The notes under the pieces were generated by a model, which saw only the letters and a list, made by a program, of their open reading frames with translations, did not search any database and was not told where the DNA came from. The translations under genes and the position numbers were made by a program. 64,000 nucleotides of DNA from Nitrospiraceae bacterium (GTDB taxonomy: Bacteria; Nitrospirota; Nitrospiria; Nitrospirales; Nitrospiraceae): assembly GCA_050246315.1 (NCBI GenBank), contig JBFWWG010000015.1, positions 30,778 through 94,777 of the forward strand, in the 5' to 3' direction. Positions 10,116-20,422 of this stretch are shown in pieces. Each line of letters begins with the position of its first letter. The first letter of the stretch is position 1.

Positions 10116-10931
10116 GTGATTCGAAAAGCGATCGGCGGGATTGGGGTGGGAGTAGGGCTGTTCGTGACCGCCAAGATTCTCGGCTTCCCAGACATATTCC
10201 AGTACATGTTCTTTGCCTACGCGATGTTGGGCATGCTGGTCTACATGCTCCTTGACGCCCCTTCCCTCAAGCCGATCTCAGGGGGTAAGGCCATCGTCGT
10301 GTTGATCGTCTTCTATCTGGTCTTGTCGGTCTTCTATATCGGCGGTGCGTCGTTCCTGCCACAGTATGATCCGGAAGATGAAAAGGGCAAGATCGAAAAG
10401 ATTCTCGCTCCCAAGCGCAAGTTGACGGAACAGGGCAAGACAGAGGACCTGATCGCCAAGGTTAAGGCGCTGGACGAGAAGGCGGCGGCCTTGCAGGAGC
10501 GGATCAAGAACCTCGGCAAGGACGTGATTCAAGAAGGCGCCGCAGCTGCTGGCGTCGGCGCGATTGAGACTCCGAAGCCGTCGGGCGGCGGTGCTATCAA
10601 CGACCCGAAGGAGTTGGAGCGGTTGGGTTTCGAACAGTGGCAACTGCAGGAATGCTACAACTGTCACAAGTTGAAGGGGGAAGGCGGGAAAAAGCGCGGG
10701 CCGGAGTTGGATAATATCGGCACCTTCATGACCGTCGCGGAAATCAAAGACAAAATTCTCGATCCGCAAAGCTTCATGGCGGAGGGTTTTGAAAAAGAAT
10801 ACGAGAAGAAGAAGATGCCAGACAAGTACAAGGAGTTGATGGAAGAGAAGGACGTGGATGTGCTGGCAGCCTGGCTCGGGACGATGAAGAATGCCTCGGT
10901 GACGACACCCAAGCCGATCAAGAAGAAATAA
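10116..10931 (+). CDS. membrane-anchored cytochrome c
   Basis: Three N-terminal TM helices, CYNCH, distal MP. Confidence 0.88.
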   Translation: MIRKAIGGIGVGVGLFVTAKILGFPDIFQYMFFAYAMLGMLVYMLLDAPSLKPISGGKAIVVLIVFYLVLSVFYIGGASFLPQYDPEDEKGKIEKILAPKRKLTEQGKTEDLIAKVKALDEKAAALQERIKNLGKDVIQEGAAAAGVGAIETPKPSGGGAINDPKELERLGFEQWQLQECYNCHKLKGEGGKKRGPELDNIGTFMTVAEIKDKILDPQSFMAEGFEKEYEKKKMPDKYKELMEEKDVDVLAAWLGTMKNASVTTPKPIKKK

Positions 10932-10935
10932 GACG

Positions 10936-11877
10936 ATGCAACAGCCCAAGCTCAGATCGAAAGTCCACGGAACGGATCGGGAAATCGGCGAGGTAACCCG
11001 TATTATCGTGGATCCGCTCTCCCACGATATCAGCCACCTCGTGGTGTCGACGAACGGTCGCGGCGGGCCGGAGAAGCAGATCGAGTCCGGCCACATTCAA
11101 TCGGTCGCTGACGACGTGGTACAACTCCGGCTGTCCTCGGGGGAAGTCGAGGGGCTGCCAGGCTTTGTGCGCGACGGCTACGTCAGCATTCACGACATCG
11201 AGATCGCACACCTCGAAGATCGCCTCCATGTCGAGTCGGGGGAGGTGTTGGTTCCCCTTCCGGAATTAGAGCGGAACGTTCCGCGCCGGAATTTTTTCGC
11301 CAAGTTCACCCATGTCATCGGTCTGTTCATCGGCCTGCCGTTGGCATGGCCGGTCTTGCGCTATCTGATGAAGCCTATGTATCAGCCGTTCGACAACGGC
11401 TGGATTAGCATCGGCAACGCGAACAAGATCAAAAAAGATGATTCGGGCGTTCAGTTTAAATTCAAGCGCATGGTCAAAGAAGCCTACATGCCCGAGCAGG
11501 AAATCGACAAGAATGCCTGGGTCCTGAAGGCGACTCCCGAGGTGTTGGACAAGATCTATCAGGGCAAGGACATGGATTTTAAGGACGCGACGGGGAAGCT
11601 CGTCTGGACGAACAAAAAAGATGTGCCCTATGTGGCCTTCTCGGGCAAGTGTCCCCATCTCGGATGCGGCTACAAGTGGCGGAAGCACAAGGTGTTGGGA
11701 GAAGTGTTTCTTTGTCCATGCCACCTGAGTATCTATGACGCATCAGGCAAAGTGCTCGATGGGCCGGCGCCTCGCTCTCTCGATCCGCTGCCCATTCAAG
11801 TAACCCCGAGCGGCGACATCAAAATCATCGACATGGAATTCAAGGCCGGCACCAAGACTCAAACCCGTATTATCTAG
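10936..11877 (+). CDS. Rieske Fe-S subunit of bc complex with N-terminal PRC-barrel-like domain
   Basis: CPHLGC and CPCH..Y, GPAPRSL; internal RRNFF followed by TM helix. Confidence 0.92.
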   Translation: MQQPKLRSKVHGTDREIGEVTRIIVDPLSHDISHLVVSTNGRGGPEKQIESGHIQSVADDVVQLRLSSGEVEGLPGFVRDGYVSIHDIEIAHLEDRLHVESGEVLVPLPELERNVPRRNFFAKFTHVIGLFIGLPLAWPVLRYLMKPMYQPFDNGWISIGNANKIKKDDSGVQFKFKRMVKEAYMPEQEIDKNAWVLKATPEVLDKIYQGKDMDFKDATGKLVWTNKKDVPYVAFSGKCPHLGCGYKWRKHKVLGEVFLCPCHLSIYDASGKVLDGPAPRSLDPLPIQVTPSGDIKIIDMEFKAGTKTQTRII

Positions 11878-11892
11878 CCGCGACGGATCTCA

Positions 11893-13002
11893 ATGGACAC
11901 ACCATCCACCACGACACAGCCGTCACCGATCGAAAAAGTCGTCCAATTCGTCGACGAGCGGATTGGTCTGCAGAAGCTGCAGGCCAAGATGCTGAACGAA
12001 CCGGTGCCGGGCGGCTCGCGCTGGGCCTACGTGTTCGGGTCGGTGTTGCTCTTCATCTTTATCATGCAGGCCGTCACCGGCGTCCTTCTGATGTTCTATT
12101 ACGTGCCGACAGCGGACCATGCCTACGCCAGCACACAGTACATTATCCACGAAGTGGATTATGGCTGGTTCCTCTTGAGTTACCACTTCTGGGGTTCGAC
12201 GGCGATGGTGGTCTGCGTCTTTGCGCATATGTCACAAGTCTTTCTATGGGGGGCCTACAAGCAGCCGAGAGAAATGATCTGGTTGGTGGGTTTGGCCCTC
12301 TTCGGGCTCGTCATGGGGTTTGGGTTCACGGGCTATTTGCTGCCCTGGGACCAGCGAGCCTATTGGGCGACCACGGTTGGTGTGGAGATCATGGATAAGA
12401 CGCCGATCGTCGGCGACTTTATGGCCCGCTTTCTCAAGGGGGGGCCGACGCCAGGCCAAATGACCTTGAGCCGTTTCTTCGTCATCCATGTCATGATCCT
12501 CCCGGCGCTCCTGATGGGCTTGGCGGGGCTGCATCTGTTTCTGTTTAGAAAGGCGGGGCCGGCCGGCCCGTTCCGCGGCAGCCCCGAGGAGTTGAAGGCT
12601 AAGACGGACTACTTCTTTCCCCGGCAGATCTGGAAGGACATTGTCGCCATGGTGGCCGTGTTCTTCACCACTGCCTGCCTGGCGTTCTGGGAGCCGATCG
12701 TCCTGCTCGAAGAGGCCACACCGGATCCCGGTGAATACCATCCCGAGCCGGAATGGTATTTTCTATTTCTGTTTCAGATGTTGCGTTTGAAGATCTTCGC
12801 AGGGGAATTCGGCCAGTTCCTTGGCGCCACGGGGCTGCCGGGTCTCTTCATGCTCTTCCTGGCCGCATTGCCGTTCATCGATCGTAGTCCAGAGCGCAAT
12901 ATCTTCAAGCGGCCGCTCTCGCTCATCGGGTGGCTCCTCGTGATGGGCAGCATCCTGGTCTTCACGGTGTCGGCCATTATCAATCGCGAATTTCTCGAAT
13001 AA
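11893..13002 (+). CDS. cytochrome b subunit of bc complex
   Basis: GYLLPWDQ, four heme-ligand His, PEWY Qo motif. Confidence 0.95.
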   Translation: MDTPSTTTQPSPIEKVVQFVDERIGLQKLQAKMLNEPVPGGSRWAYVFGSVLLFIFIMQAVTGVLLMFYYVPTADHAYASTQYIIHEVDYGWFLLSYHFWGSTAMVVCVFAHMSQVFLWGAYKQPREMIWLVGLALFGLVMGFGFTGYLLPWDQRAYWATTVGVEIMDKTPIVGDFMARFLKGGPTPGQMTLSRFFVIHVMILPALLMGLAGLHLFLFRKAGPAGPFRGSPEELKAKTDYFFPRQIWKDIVAMVAVFFTTACLAFWEPIVLLEEATPDPGEYHPEPEWYFLFLFQMLRLKIFAGEFGQFLGATGLPGLFMLFLAALPFIDRSPERNIFKRPLSLIGWLLVMGSILVFTVSAIINREFLE

Positions 13003-13017
13003 CCAGAGCACCGATCC

Positions 13018-14022
13018 ATGTCCTCCATGAAGCTTGCTCTTCACGTTCTTTGGTCGGCCTGTTGGACCGGACTGCCGGCCAAGCTGGGCTTGGCTCTGCT
13101 TATGATGGCCATGGGCAGCCTGCATCTGGAACACATGATGGGCGTCGCGTTCCTGTTTCTGCTGACTACGCCGGTGTCCCTGCTTTCCGTGCCGGCATTG
13201 CAAGGCTTGGCCGACCTACATTTGGGAGAAGGCGCGGGCCTCGGCATCCTTTTTCTTCTCTGCATCCCCATCGACATGTGGGCGGTCGGATTGGCAGCCC
13301 GCACGGTCTTCATCGAGCGGTTGAGGGTCGAACCGCAAGGTTCGTTCGGTATCCGGCTCTGGGGCCTTCTCGTCCTGGCCGGCGGCTTCTATGTGACCCT
13401 CCTGTGGCTGGTTGAAGGGCTCGTGACCGGGATCGGAAAAGACCTCGCGCACTGGTTCTTGGAACTGGAGATGATGAAGGGTCTGGCGGTTGCGGAGCGG
13501 ATCGGGGTCGAGTTGATGATCTGGGGAACGATCTCCACGGTCGCGTTGGTGATCCTCCTGGGCGTCGGATTGAGAATCGCCGGTGCCATCATTCAGCGGG
13601 AAGCCGCCAAGGCAGTGCCCTTGAGTGAGTCCTATCAGCATCTCGTGACCCGATGGGACCTTATGCGCATCCCAGCCGATCAAACCTTGATGCTGACCTC
13701 GGTGACCGCCGCAGGCGTCCTGCTGGTTGTCCTGTTCTGGGGAGCCCTGCCGGTGACGACGCCGCATCCCCATCAGGATTATAAGAAGCCGGACGTAAAG
13801 GCCGCACCCCATGTCAAACCGGCCGACCGGCTTGCCAAGGGTGAGAAGGTGCTGGCGCAGGTGGAATCCCAGGTCGTCGCGCTGGAAGCCAGACAGGCGG
13901 AATTGGAAGCGGAAAAGCAAAAAGGAAAGCCAAAGCCGCCGGCAAAGGAAAAGGCGAGCACGAAATCCGACGGGGCGAAGGGTTCGGCTCAGTCTGCCGC
14001 GCCGCAAGCGGCCAAGCCATAA
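13018..14022 (+). CDS. polytopic membrane protein of unknown function
   Basis: About six hydrophobic segments, coiled/Lys-rich tail; in operon. Confidence 0.75.
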   Translation: MSSMKLALHVLWSACWTGLPAKLGLALLMMAMGSLHLEHMMGVAFLFLLTTPVSLLSVPALQGLADLHLGEGAGLGILFLLCIPIDMWAVGLAARTVFIERLRVEPQGSFGIRLWGLLVLAGGFYVTLLWLVEGLVTGIGKDLAHWFLELEMMKGLAVAERIGVELMIWGTISTVALVILLGVGLRIAGAIIQREAAKAVPLSESYQHLVTRWDLMRIPADQTLMLTSVTAAGVLLVVLFWGALPVTTPHPHQDYKKPDVKAAPHVKPADRLAKGEKVLAQVESQVVALEARQAELEAEKQKGKPKPPAKEKASTKSDGAKGSAQSAAPQAAKP

Positions 14023-14052
14023 GGCGTCGGCCATGCAAGGGAGATCACAGCC

Positions 14053-15933
14053 ATGAACCGATATCTCGACGATCTCAAGCAGGCGGTACGCACCACGCGC
14101 CCGACGGGGTGGTTTGGTACGGCCTTGGTGCTGCTCGGCGCGCTCCTACTGTTTCCGGCTCTCGGCCTGGCTCAAGAGGGCGGGTCGGCATCTACACAGG
14201 TCGCCTATCGAGATATTCCGGGTATCGGCAGCCGCAACGTCATTTGGATCATTGCACAATTGCACCTCTTACTGGCTGGGTTCGTACTCGGTGTCCCGAT
14301 TTTTGCGTGGGTCTGCGAGATCGTCGGTTGGAAGGGTGGGGACAAGCGCTACGACAAGCTCGCGAAAGAATTTACGAAACTGCTGACGTCCTCCTACGCG
14401 ACCACGGCCCTCTTCGGCGGCATCCTCCTGTTCATGCTCATCGCCTTCTATCCGAAGCTGATGAATTACCTGACTGATATCTTCTTCCCCTCCTTCGTCG
14501 TCTACTGCATGCTGTTCCTGGTCGAAACGGCGACGCTGTATCTCTATTGGTATGGATGGGATGCCATGTCGGAGGGCCGCGCCAAGGCCTTCCATGTCTT
14601 CTTGGGATTCCTGCTGAACGTCTTCGCCTTCTTCATCATGGTCGTGCCGAATTCCTGGGCCACGTTCCAGGCTAGTCCGGTGGTGATTTCCGAAGGGTCG
14701 GATCTTGCGAGGGCCTGGGCTGCGACCTGGAATCCGACCTGGTGGCCCGTGAACATCCACCGTCTGATCGCCAACGTCGTGCTCGGCGGCTACATCTGCG
14801 GCGCCTATGCCGGGGTTCGGTACCTCTCGGCGAAGACTCCGGACGAGCGCAATCACTACGACTGGATGGGGTACGTCGGGAACTTCATCGGTGTGTTCGG
14901 CCTGCTGCCGCTGCCTTTCGCCGGCTATTGGCTGATGCGCGAAATCTATCAATACAACCAGCAGATGGGGATCACGTTGATGGGCGGGTTCCTGTCCTGG
15001 CTCTTTATCCTGCAGGCCATGTTGATCGGCGTCCTATTCCTCGGCTCAAACTATTACTTCTGGATGGGCATCACGCATCGCATTCAAGGATCGGAGTTGC
15101 AATATCGCAAGCCGATCATGGCCATGCTCATCATCCTCTTACTCTGTCTCGGCGTCTGGATGACCCCGCACTCGCTGGTGGCGAGCCTGGAGGAAGCCAG
15201 AAAGATGGGAGGGACGCACCACCCGTTGCTCGGCGTCTTCGGCGTCATGTCGGCCAAGATGACGGTGTCAAACCTGATGATTCTCGTCACCTTCATGAGT
15301 TTCATCATGTACTGGCGCGCGGGTAAGGAAGACACCGCCACCTGGGCGAAGATGGCCAAGGCGGTGATGGGCGCGGTGTTGGTCCTCGCCGGGATCGCCG
15401 TCATCATCCTGGGCGTTTGGGGCTATTTCGTGCCGGCGATCGTCCGCATCAACTATTTCTCGACTTCGCAGGTCGGTATCGTACTGTTCGTGATGCTCAC
15501 GATCACGCCGCTGACCGCGCTGCTCCTCAAGAGTGCCCGCACGACGACAGAGATGGTCTGGGGGCAGATGCCGCCTCGGGCCGGCTACGCGCTGGTGCTC
15601 AACGCGGTGATGGTGATCCTGCTCATGACGCTCATGGGCTATGCCCGATCGTCGTCGCGAGTCCATTGGCATGTCTACGGCGTCATGCGTGACTCCTCGC
15701 AATATGCCTATTCGCCGGCCTTGGGCTATGCCGCGGCCTTCATGGCGTTGAACACGTTCTTGTTCTGTCTGCTCGTGTCCTTCATCTTCTGGGTGGCGAC
15801 CATGGGAGACAAGGCCAAGGCAAAAGGCGGCCACGAAGAACCCAAGGGCAAAATGGTACCGGGCGCCATTCCGGCGATGGCAGGCGGAGCGCCGGCCCTG
15901 GATTACGTCGGTTCGCCGCCGCAGGAGAAGTGA
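14053..15933 (+). CDS. cytochrome bd-like oxidase subunit I homolog (copy 2, extra His cluster)
   Basis: Paralog of 8358-10061; WMTPH...GTHHP and RVHWHVYG. Confidence 0.85.
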   Translation: MNRYLDDLKQAVRTTRPTGWFGTALVLLGALLLFPALGLAQEGGSASTQVAYRDIPGIGSRNVIWIIAQLHLLLAGFVLGVPIFAWVCEIVGWKGGDKRYDKLAKEFTKLLTSSYATTALFGGILLFMLIAFYPKLMNYLTDIFFPSFVVYCMLFLVETATLYLYWYGWDAMSEGRAKAFHVFLGFLLNVFAFFIMVVPNSWATFQASPVVISEGSDLARAWAATWNPTWWPVNIHRLIANVVLGGYICGAYAGVRYLSAKTPDERNHYDWMGYVGNFIGVFGLLPLPFAGYWLMREIYQYNQQMGITLMGGFLSWLFILQAMLIGVLFLGSNYYFWMGITHRIQGSELQYRKPIMAMLIILLLCLGVWMTPHSLVASLEEARKMGGTHHPLLGVFGVMSAKMTVSNLMILVTFMSFIMYWRAGKEDTATWAKMAKAVMGAVLVLAGIAVIILGVWGYFVPAIVRINYFSTSQVGIVLFVMLTITPLTALLLKSARTTTEMVWGQMPPRAGYALVLNAVMVILLMTLMGYARSSSRVHWHVYGVMRDSSQYAYSPALGYAAAFMALNTFLFCLLVSFIFWVATMGDKAKAKGGHEEPKGKMVPGAIPAMAGGAPALDYVGSPPQEK

Positions 15934-15959
15934 AGACAGCTTGAAAGGGACGTTCGACC

Positions 15960-16589
15960 ATGAGTGAAGTCGCGCTGCTTCAGTTGATCGGGTTGGCTAT
16001 AGTCGGAAGCGGGATCGTCATTCTCCTTTTCATCCCCGCCCGGTTCGTCCGGGTCATGGGCTTCGTCATGATCGTGCTCGGACTCTTCGCCCTGGTGGCG
16101 CTGGCCGTGCCGCAGATGGCGTCGCTGCCGCCCGCCGAGGAGAAGATCGACCTGGCGACAATCAAGACGCCGACCGATATGGCCGCGATCGGGCAGAAGA
16201 TTTTTTTCAGCAAGGGCCAATGCGCCTTGTGCCATTCGATCGGTCCCAGTGAATCTGCGCGATGTCCGGACCTCAAAGGCATCGGCGCGAAACTGTCCAA
16301 GGAATTCATGTTTGAAAGCCTGACGCAGCCGCAGGCCTATATTTACCTCGACTATCGCCACGAGGGCCCGCCGAAGGAATATCCGGCGCGAATGCCCTAC
16401 ATCAACAAAAACCCGATCGGGCTTTCGAAGAATGAAATCCTGTCGGTCATCGCCTTCTTGCAACAGATGAGCGGCGAGCCGATCACGGTGACTACGGCCG
16501 ATCTCGACACGACGAGCCCTCAGCCGAGCAGCCAGCCGACACAAAAGGCTGAAGCTCCTCAACTCGCGCAGGCGATGAGCCGCAAATAG
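15960..16589 (+). CDS. membrane-anchored cytochrome c
   Basis: Two TM helices, CALCH, RMP. Confidence 0.9.
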   Translation: MSEVALLQLIGLAIVGSGIVILLFIPARFVRVMGFVMIVLGLFALVALAVPQMASLPPAEEKIDLATIKTPTDMAAIGQKIFFSKGQCALCHSIGPSESARCPDLKGIGAKLSKEFMFESLTQPQAYIYLDYRHEGPPKEYPARMPYINKNPIGLSKNEILSVIAFLQQMSGEPITVTTADLDTTSPQPSSQPTQKAEAPQLAQAMSRK

Positions 16590-16619
16590 CGAGCGGAGGG
16601 AGCACGGGAGGACGCACAC

Positions 16620-17336
16620 ATGAAGGGCGGAGTTCTCACCAAAGCGTTAATCTTGATGGTCGCCATCTGGGCATTCCTGAAGTTGGGTATGCCGCTGTTT
16701 ACGGCGCCACTCCCCAACAGTTTGATTTTTCTCTATCTGGTCCTGACGCTGTCTGGGATTGTCATTTTCGGCACCTTGAGCGGCGCTTCTAAGGATGCCT
16801 TTTGGGGGCCGATCTCTCGCTTTATCACCGGCGACAATCTCGGGGCATTGCAGGGAGCCAGGCTGGCGGTGTTGATCCTCTTTCCCCTCTTGATGGGGTG
16901 GCAAACCTACGGGAGCACGGCGCCGAGTGATCAGCCGCCCGCTGAAAACCGCACCATTCACCCGGCGCCGCCGGGGGAGTACACGGGTCTGGCGAATCCG
17001 GTTCCCAACACGCCGGAGAACATCATGACAGGCAAGGGCCTCTACGCCGCGTTCTGTTCTCCCTGCCACGGCGGCAATTTTGACGGGAAGGGCGTGGCCG
17101 CCAAGGGATTCAGCCCGCCCCCGGCGAATTTCGCCGATCCGACGACCATCGCGATGCTTCAGGAGAGCTACCTTTTCTGGCGGATCAAGAAAGGCGGGGT
17201 GGGGTTACCGATCGAGGGCATGCCCTGGAAATCGGCGATGCCGCGCTGGGAAGTTGAACTGCCCGATGAATGGATTTGGAAGATTATTATGGGCGAGTAC
17301 GACGGCGCGCATCAAAAGCCGAGAACGTGGGAGTGA
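16620..17336 (+). CDS. membrane-anchored cytochrome c
   Basis: TM helices, CSPCH, SAMPRW. Confidence 0.9.
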   Translation: MKGGVLTKALILMVAIWAFLKLGMPLFTAPLPNSLIFLYLVLTLSGIVIFGTLSGASKDAFWGPISRFITGDNLGALQGARLAVLILFPLLMGWQTYGSTAPSDQPPAENRTIHPAPPGEYTGLANPVPNTPENIMTGKGLYAAFCSPCHGGNFDGKGVAAKGFSPPPANFADPTTIAMLQESYLFWRIKKGGVGLPIEGMPWKSAMPRWEVELPDEWIWKIIMGEYDGAHQKPRTWE

Positions 17337-17377
17337 CCGCCCGTCGGACCACTGTAGACTGGTTGAAAGAGGCCGCT

Positions 17378-18208
17378 ATGTCGCAATGCAGAGCATCCTG
17401 GGGACGACCGGTGACAATCATAGGCGGAGGTCTACTCGGCCTGATGCTCATGGCAACCGCTGCCGTGGCCCAGGAGAGCGTCGCCGTCCGAGCCAATATG
17501 GTGAAGGGCAGCTTGCCGGCGGATGATCCGGCGGCCGCAGCCTGGAATCAAGCGCCGCCGTCCGAGTTTCCGATGTCTCCTCAGGTGCATTGGAAGGAGC
17601 GCATTCAGGCGGTGACGGTGAACAGCGTGAAAGTGCGGAGCCTGCACGACGGGACGAACATCGCCATCATGCTTGAATACGAAGATCCCACGCAGGACCC
17701 CGATGATGCGGCGGCGTTGGAGTTCATGGTCGGCGATAAAAAGGCGCACTTCGCCCACGGGCAGCCCATGTTGCAAGTCGAGGGTGGTCCGGTGAACATC
17801 TGGTACTGGAAAAATAAGGACGGTAAGGCGGTGGATATGACGGCCAAAGGCTTCGGAACTTTGAAGCCGCAGGCCGACCAGGACGTGAAGGCCAAGGGAG
17901 CCTACGACAATGGCAAGTGGCGGGTCGTCTTCTCGCGGTCCTTGTCCACCGGCAACCTGGAAGAGGACACGCAGATCAAGCCGGGTGAGTTCATCAATAT
18001 TGCGTTTGCGGTCTGGGACGGCCAGAAGACGGAAAGCGGCGAAGTGAAGGAGAAGGGGTCGCAGAAGGCTGTGTCCTCCTGGTGGTATTTTCGAGCCGAG
18101 CCGCCGGCGGACTATTCCGCTTATCTGTACGCGCTTATGGCAATGGGTATTGCCGCCGCTTTCCAGTTCGTTCTGATCCGAAAGCTCAAGAAGGGGGCGT
18201 CGGCATGA
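17378..18208 (+). CDS. ethylbenzene-dehydrogenase-gamma / DMSO reductase type II heme-b subunit (NxrC-like)
   Basis: Signal peptide, DAAALEF, PVNIWYWK, W.VVFSRSL, IAFAVWDG, K.VS.W; C-terminal TM. Confidence 0.8.
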   Translation: MSQCRASWGRPVTIIGGGLLGLMLMATAAVAQESVAVRANMVKGSLPADDPAAAAWNQAPPSEFPMSPQVHWKERIQAVTVNSVKVRSLHDGTNIAIMLEYEDPTQDPDDAAALEFMVGDKKAHFAHGQPMLQVEGGPVNIWYWKNKDGKAVDMTAKGFGTLKPQADQDVKAKGAYDNGKWRVVFSRSLSTGNLEEDTQIKPGEFINIAFAVWDGQKTESGEVKEKGSQKAVSSWWYFRAEPPADYSAYLYALMAMGIAAAFQFVLIRKLKKGASA

Positions 18209-19218
18209 TCGCACAGGCACGTTGGCGAAAGGTGGCCGTGGGCGGGGCCGTACTCGGCGTCGTTGCGGCGAGCAGTCTTGTCGGCTGCGCATTGTTTCAG
18301 AGCGAACAGGTGTCAAAGGGCCGGGAACTCTACAGCCACTACTGCTCCCACTGTCACGGCGAAAGCGGCAGGCAGAATGAAGGCTACAATTGGGCATCCA
18401 TGCCGGATCCCAAGCCGAAAGACCTCTCGAACAAGTCTGAAATGTCCACGTTCAAGGACGAAGAAATCTTCGGCACGATCTCGCGGGACATGAAGGATAC
18501 GAGCCCGGAGGGCGGGGACAAGATCGGAGACGATGAATTCGCCGTGCCGACCATGCCGACGTTCAAGTACACCCTGTCAGAAGATGAAATCTGGTCGATC
18601 GTCGCGTACGTCCGCACCTTGCACGGGATGAAGCTCACCTACAACGTGGAAGAGCGCAAGAAGGAAATCAAGGACGCCTTGCAGGGTGCCCAAGCCAAAT
18701 TCGATGAAACCAAGACGGCCTACGAAGCGGCGGAAAAGAAAGCCAACGACGAGGCGGAGCAGAAGGGTAAAGAGGTGGACGATGACGCCTACGCCAAGGA
18801 AGCCGCCGCCCTGTCCACCGCCAAGAAGGTGCTGGACGAAGCCAAGAACGTCGAAGAGCGGTTTGGTAAGCGCCCCAAATTTGCACAAGTAGCCAGGCCG
18901 GAGTTGACCATGAAGCCCGATGTCGCCGCAAAATCGGCTGAATTGGGAAAACGCCTCTACTCAAACAAATACGGTTGCAACGCCTGTCATGCGGTGGATC
19001 AGGAGGGGGGGAAGGTCGGGCCGGCGCTGGATCGAGCCGGGTTCCGACTCAATCCGTTCTGGGTTTATCGCTGGATCAAGTATCCGCAGGCTATGAAGCC
19101 GGACAGCCGAATGCCAAACCTCGGCATCAGCGATCAAGATGCCAAGGCCCTCAGCCTGTACCTCAGCACATTGCGGGCGCCGAGGCAGGAAGCGACAGGC
19201 GACAAGCCTACGAGCTGA
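18205..19218 (+). CDS. diheme cytochrome c lipoprotein
   Basis: LVGC lipobox, CSHCH and CNACH separated by a coiled coil. Confidence 0.9.
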   Translation: MIAQARWRKVAVGGAVLGVVAASSLVGCALFQSEQVSKGRELYSHYCSHCHGESGRQNEGYNWASMPDPKPKDLSNKSEMSTFKDEEIFGTISRDMKDTSPEGGDKIGDDEFAVPTMPTFKYTLSEDEIWSIVAYVRTLHGMKLTYNVEERKKEIKDALQGAQAKFDETKTAYEAAEKKANDEAEQKGKEVDDDAYAKEAAALSTAKKVLDEAKNVEERFGKRPKFAQVARPELTMKPDVAAKSAELGKRLYSNKYGCNACHAVDQEGGKVGPALDRAGFRLNPFWVYRWIKYPQAMKPDSRMPNLGISDQDAKALSLYLSTLRAPRQEATGDKPTS

Positions 19219-19260
19219 TCTCACAGATGTCCAAGTGGGCCATCGTCTCAGCGGGTCAGC

Positions 19261-19315
19261 CCCTCGTGCTGACCATGTCGAAGCACACAACTCGAGTTTT
19301 TCCTGAACCGGTTAG
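19261..19315 (-). repeat. partial copy of the 28563 MITE family
   Basis: Reverse complement CTAACCGGTTCAGGAAAAACTCGAGTTGTGTGCTTCGAC matches the start of the 28563 element. Confidence 0.7.
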
Positions 19316-20250
19316 AAGCCCGTAAGAATCCCGCCCAGAATCGCCATCCCGAACCATACGTGCTGGCGAAAATATCGAAACGCCAGGGTTGGCTCAATCG
19401 GCTTTCGGACCTTCCAGGCTTGGATCGACATGCCGATGCCGACGCAGACGAGGACGGCGTAGAATGTTCCGCCAATCTGCACGCCCCAGCCGGCCAGTGC
19501 CAAGAGTCCCAACATCGCTCCTTCGAACGCCAAAATAGCCAGCCAAGCCCCCTCCCCGAAGAGCAGGGCCGAGGACTTGATTCCAACTTCTTGATCGTCG
19601 ATCCGGTCCTGCAACGCGTAGACCGTGTCATACGCGATCGCCCAACAGACCGTGCTGCCGAACAGAATCCAGACCGGCCATTCAAGTCTCTGCCGAGCAG
19701 CGGCCCAGGCCATGACCACAGCCCAACCGAACGCCATTCCCAACGCGGCCTGAGGGAGTGAGACAAACCGCTTGGCATAGGGATAGGCGGCGGCGAGTGC
19801 CACCGCGAACGGGCTCAACCACCAGGTCAAGGGGGGTAGACGAGAAAGCAGAAGGAGCGCCATGCCGAGCAGGACCAGGACTGCGAGCCAGGCGTCACGC
19901 ACCGTAAGGGTTCCAGCGGCCAAGGGACGGAATTTCGTGCGGGTCACGCGGCCGTCAACATGTCGGTCAGCCAGGTCGTTGAGTACCACCCCTGCGCTTC
20001 GCATAATGAAGGCTCCCGCCAGGAACAGGCAGACGAGTTCAAGCTCCGGACGGCCGTGCGACGCAAGACTGAGGGACCAGAGGGAGGGAAGCGCGAGGAG
20101 CCATGTGCCGGTCTGGGAGCGAAGCCGAATCAGATTGGTCAGGTGCACCAGACGGGAGGCCGGTCGAGGGCTGCCGACGAGCGGCTCGCCGGGAGTCGGC
20201 CTCGGTGCGTCGGCAGATGACTTCGCTGGAGTCGAAGGCGGAACCGCCAC
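19312..20250 (-). CDS. ubiA: 4-hydroxybenzoate polyprenyltransferase
   Basis: RSAGVVLNDLADRHVD..V.RT..RPLA; YDTVYALQDRIDD..GIKSSA. Confidence 0.92.
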   Translation of the reverse strand: MAVPPSTPAKSSADAPRPTPGEPLVGSPRPASRLVHLTNLIRLRSQTGTWLLALPSLWSLSLASHGRPELELVCLFLAGAFIMRSAGVVLNDLADRHVDGRVTRTKFRPLAAGTLTVRDAWLAVLVLLGMALLLLSRLPPLTWWLSPFAVALAAAYPYAKRFVSLPQAALGMAFGWAVVMAWAAARQRLEWPVWILFGSTVCWAIAYDTVYALQDRIDDQEVGIKSSALLFGEGAWLAILAFEGAMLGLLALAGWGVQIGGTFYAVLVCVGIGMSIQAWKVRKPIEPTLAFRYFRQHVWFGMAILGGILTGF

Positions 20251-20422
20251 AGATCGACCTTATCGAACCGGCGGCGGGTGAGTCAACGTGGTCCGCCGTG
20301 AACTCCAGCGGTACCGAGCCAGCGTCCTATTTTGTCTTCGCGCGTTGATTGAGTATACTAGCGAGGAGTCAGTTGTCGCGAACAGGCCCGGTCCCGCCTT
20401 CGCAGAGTTCCAAGCAAGATTC

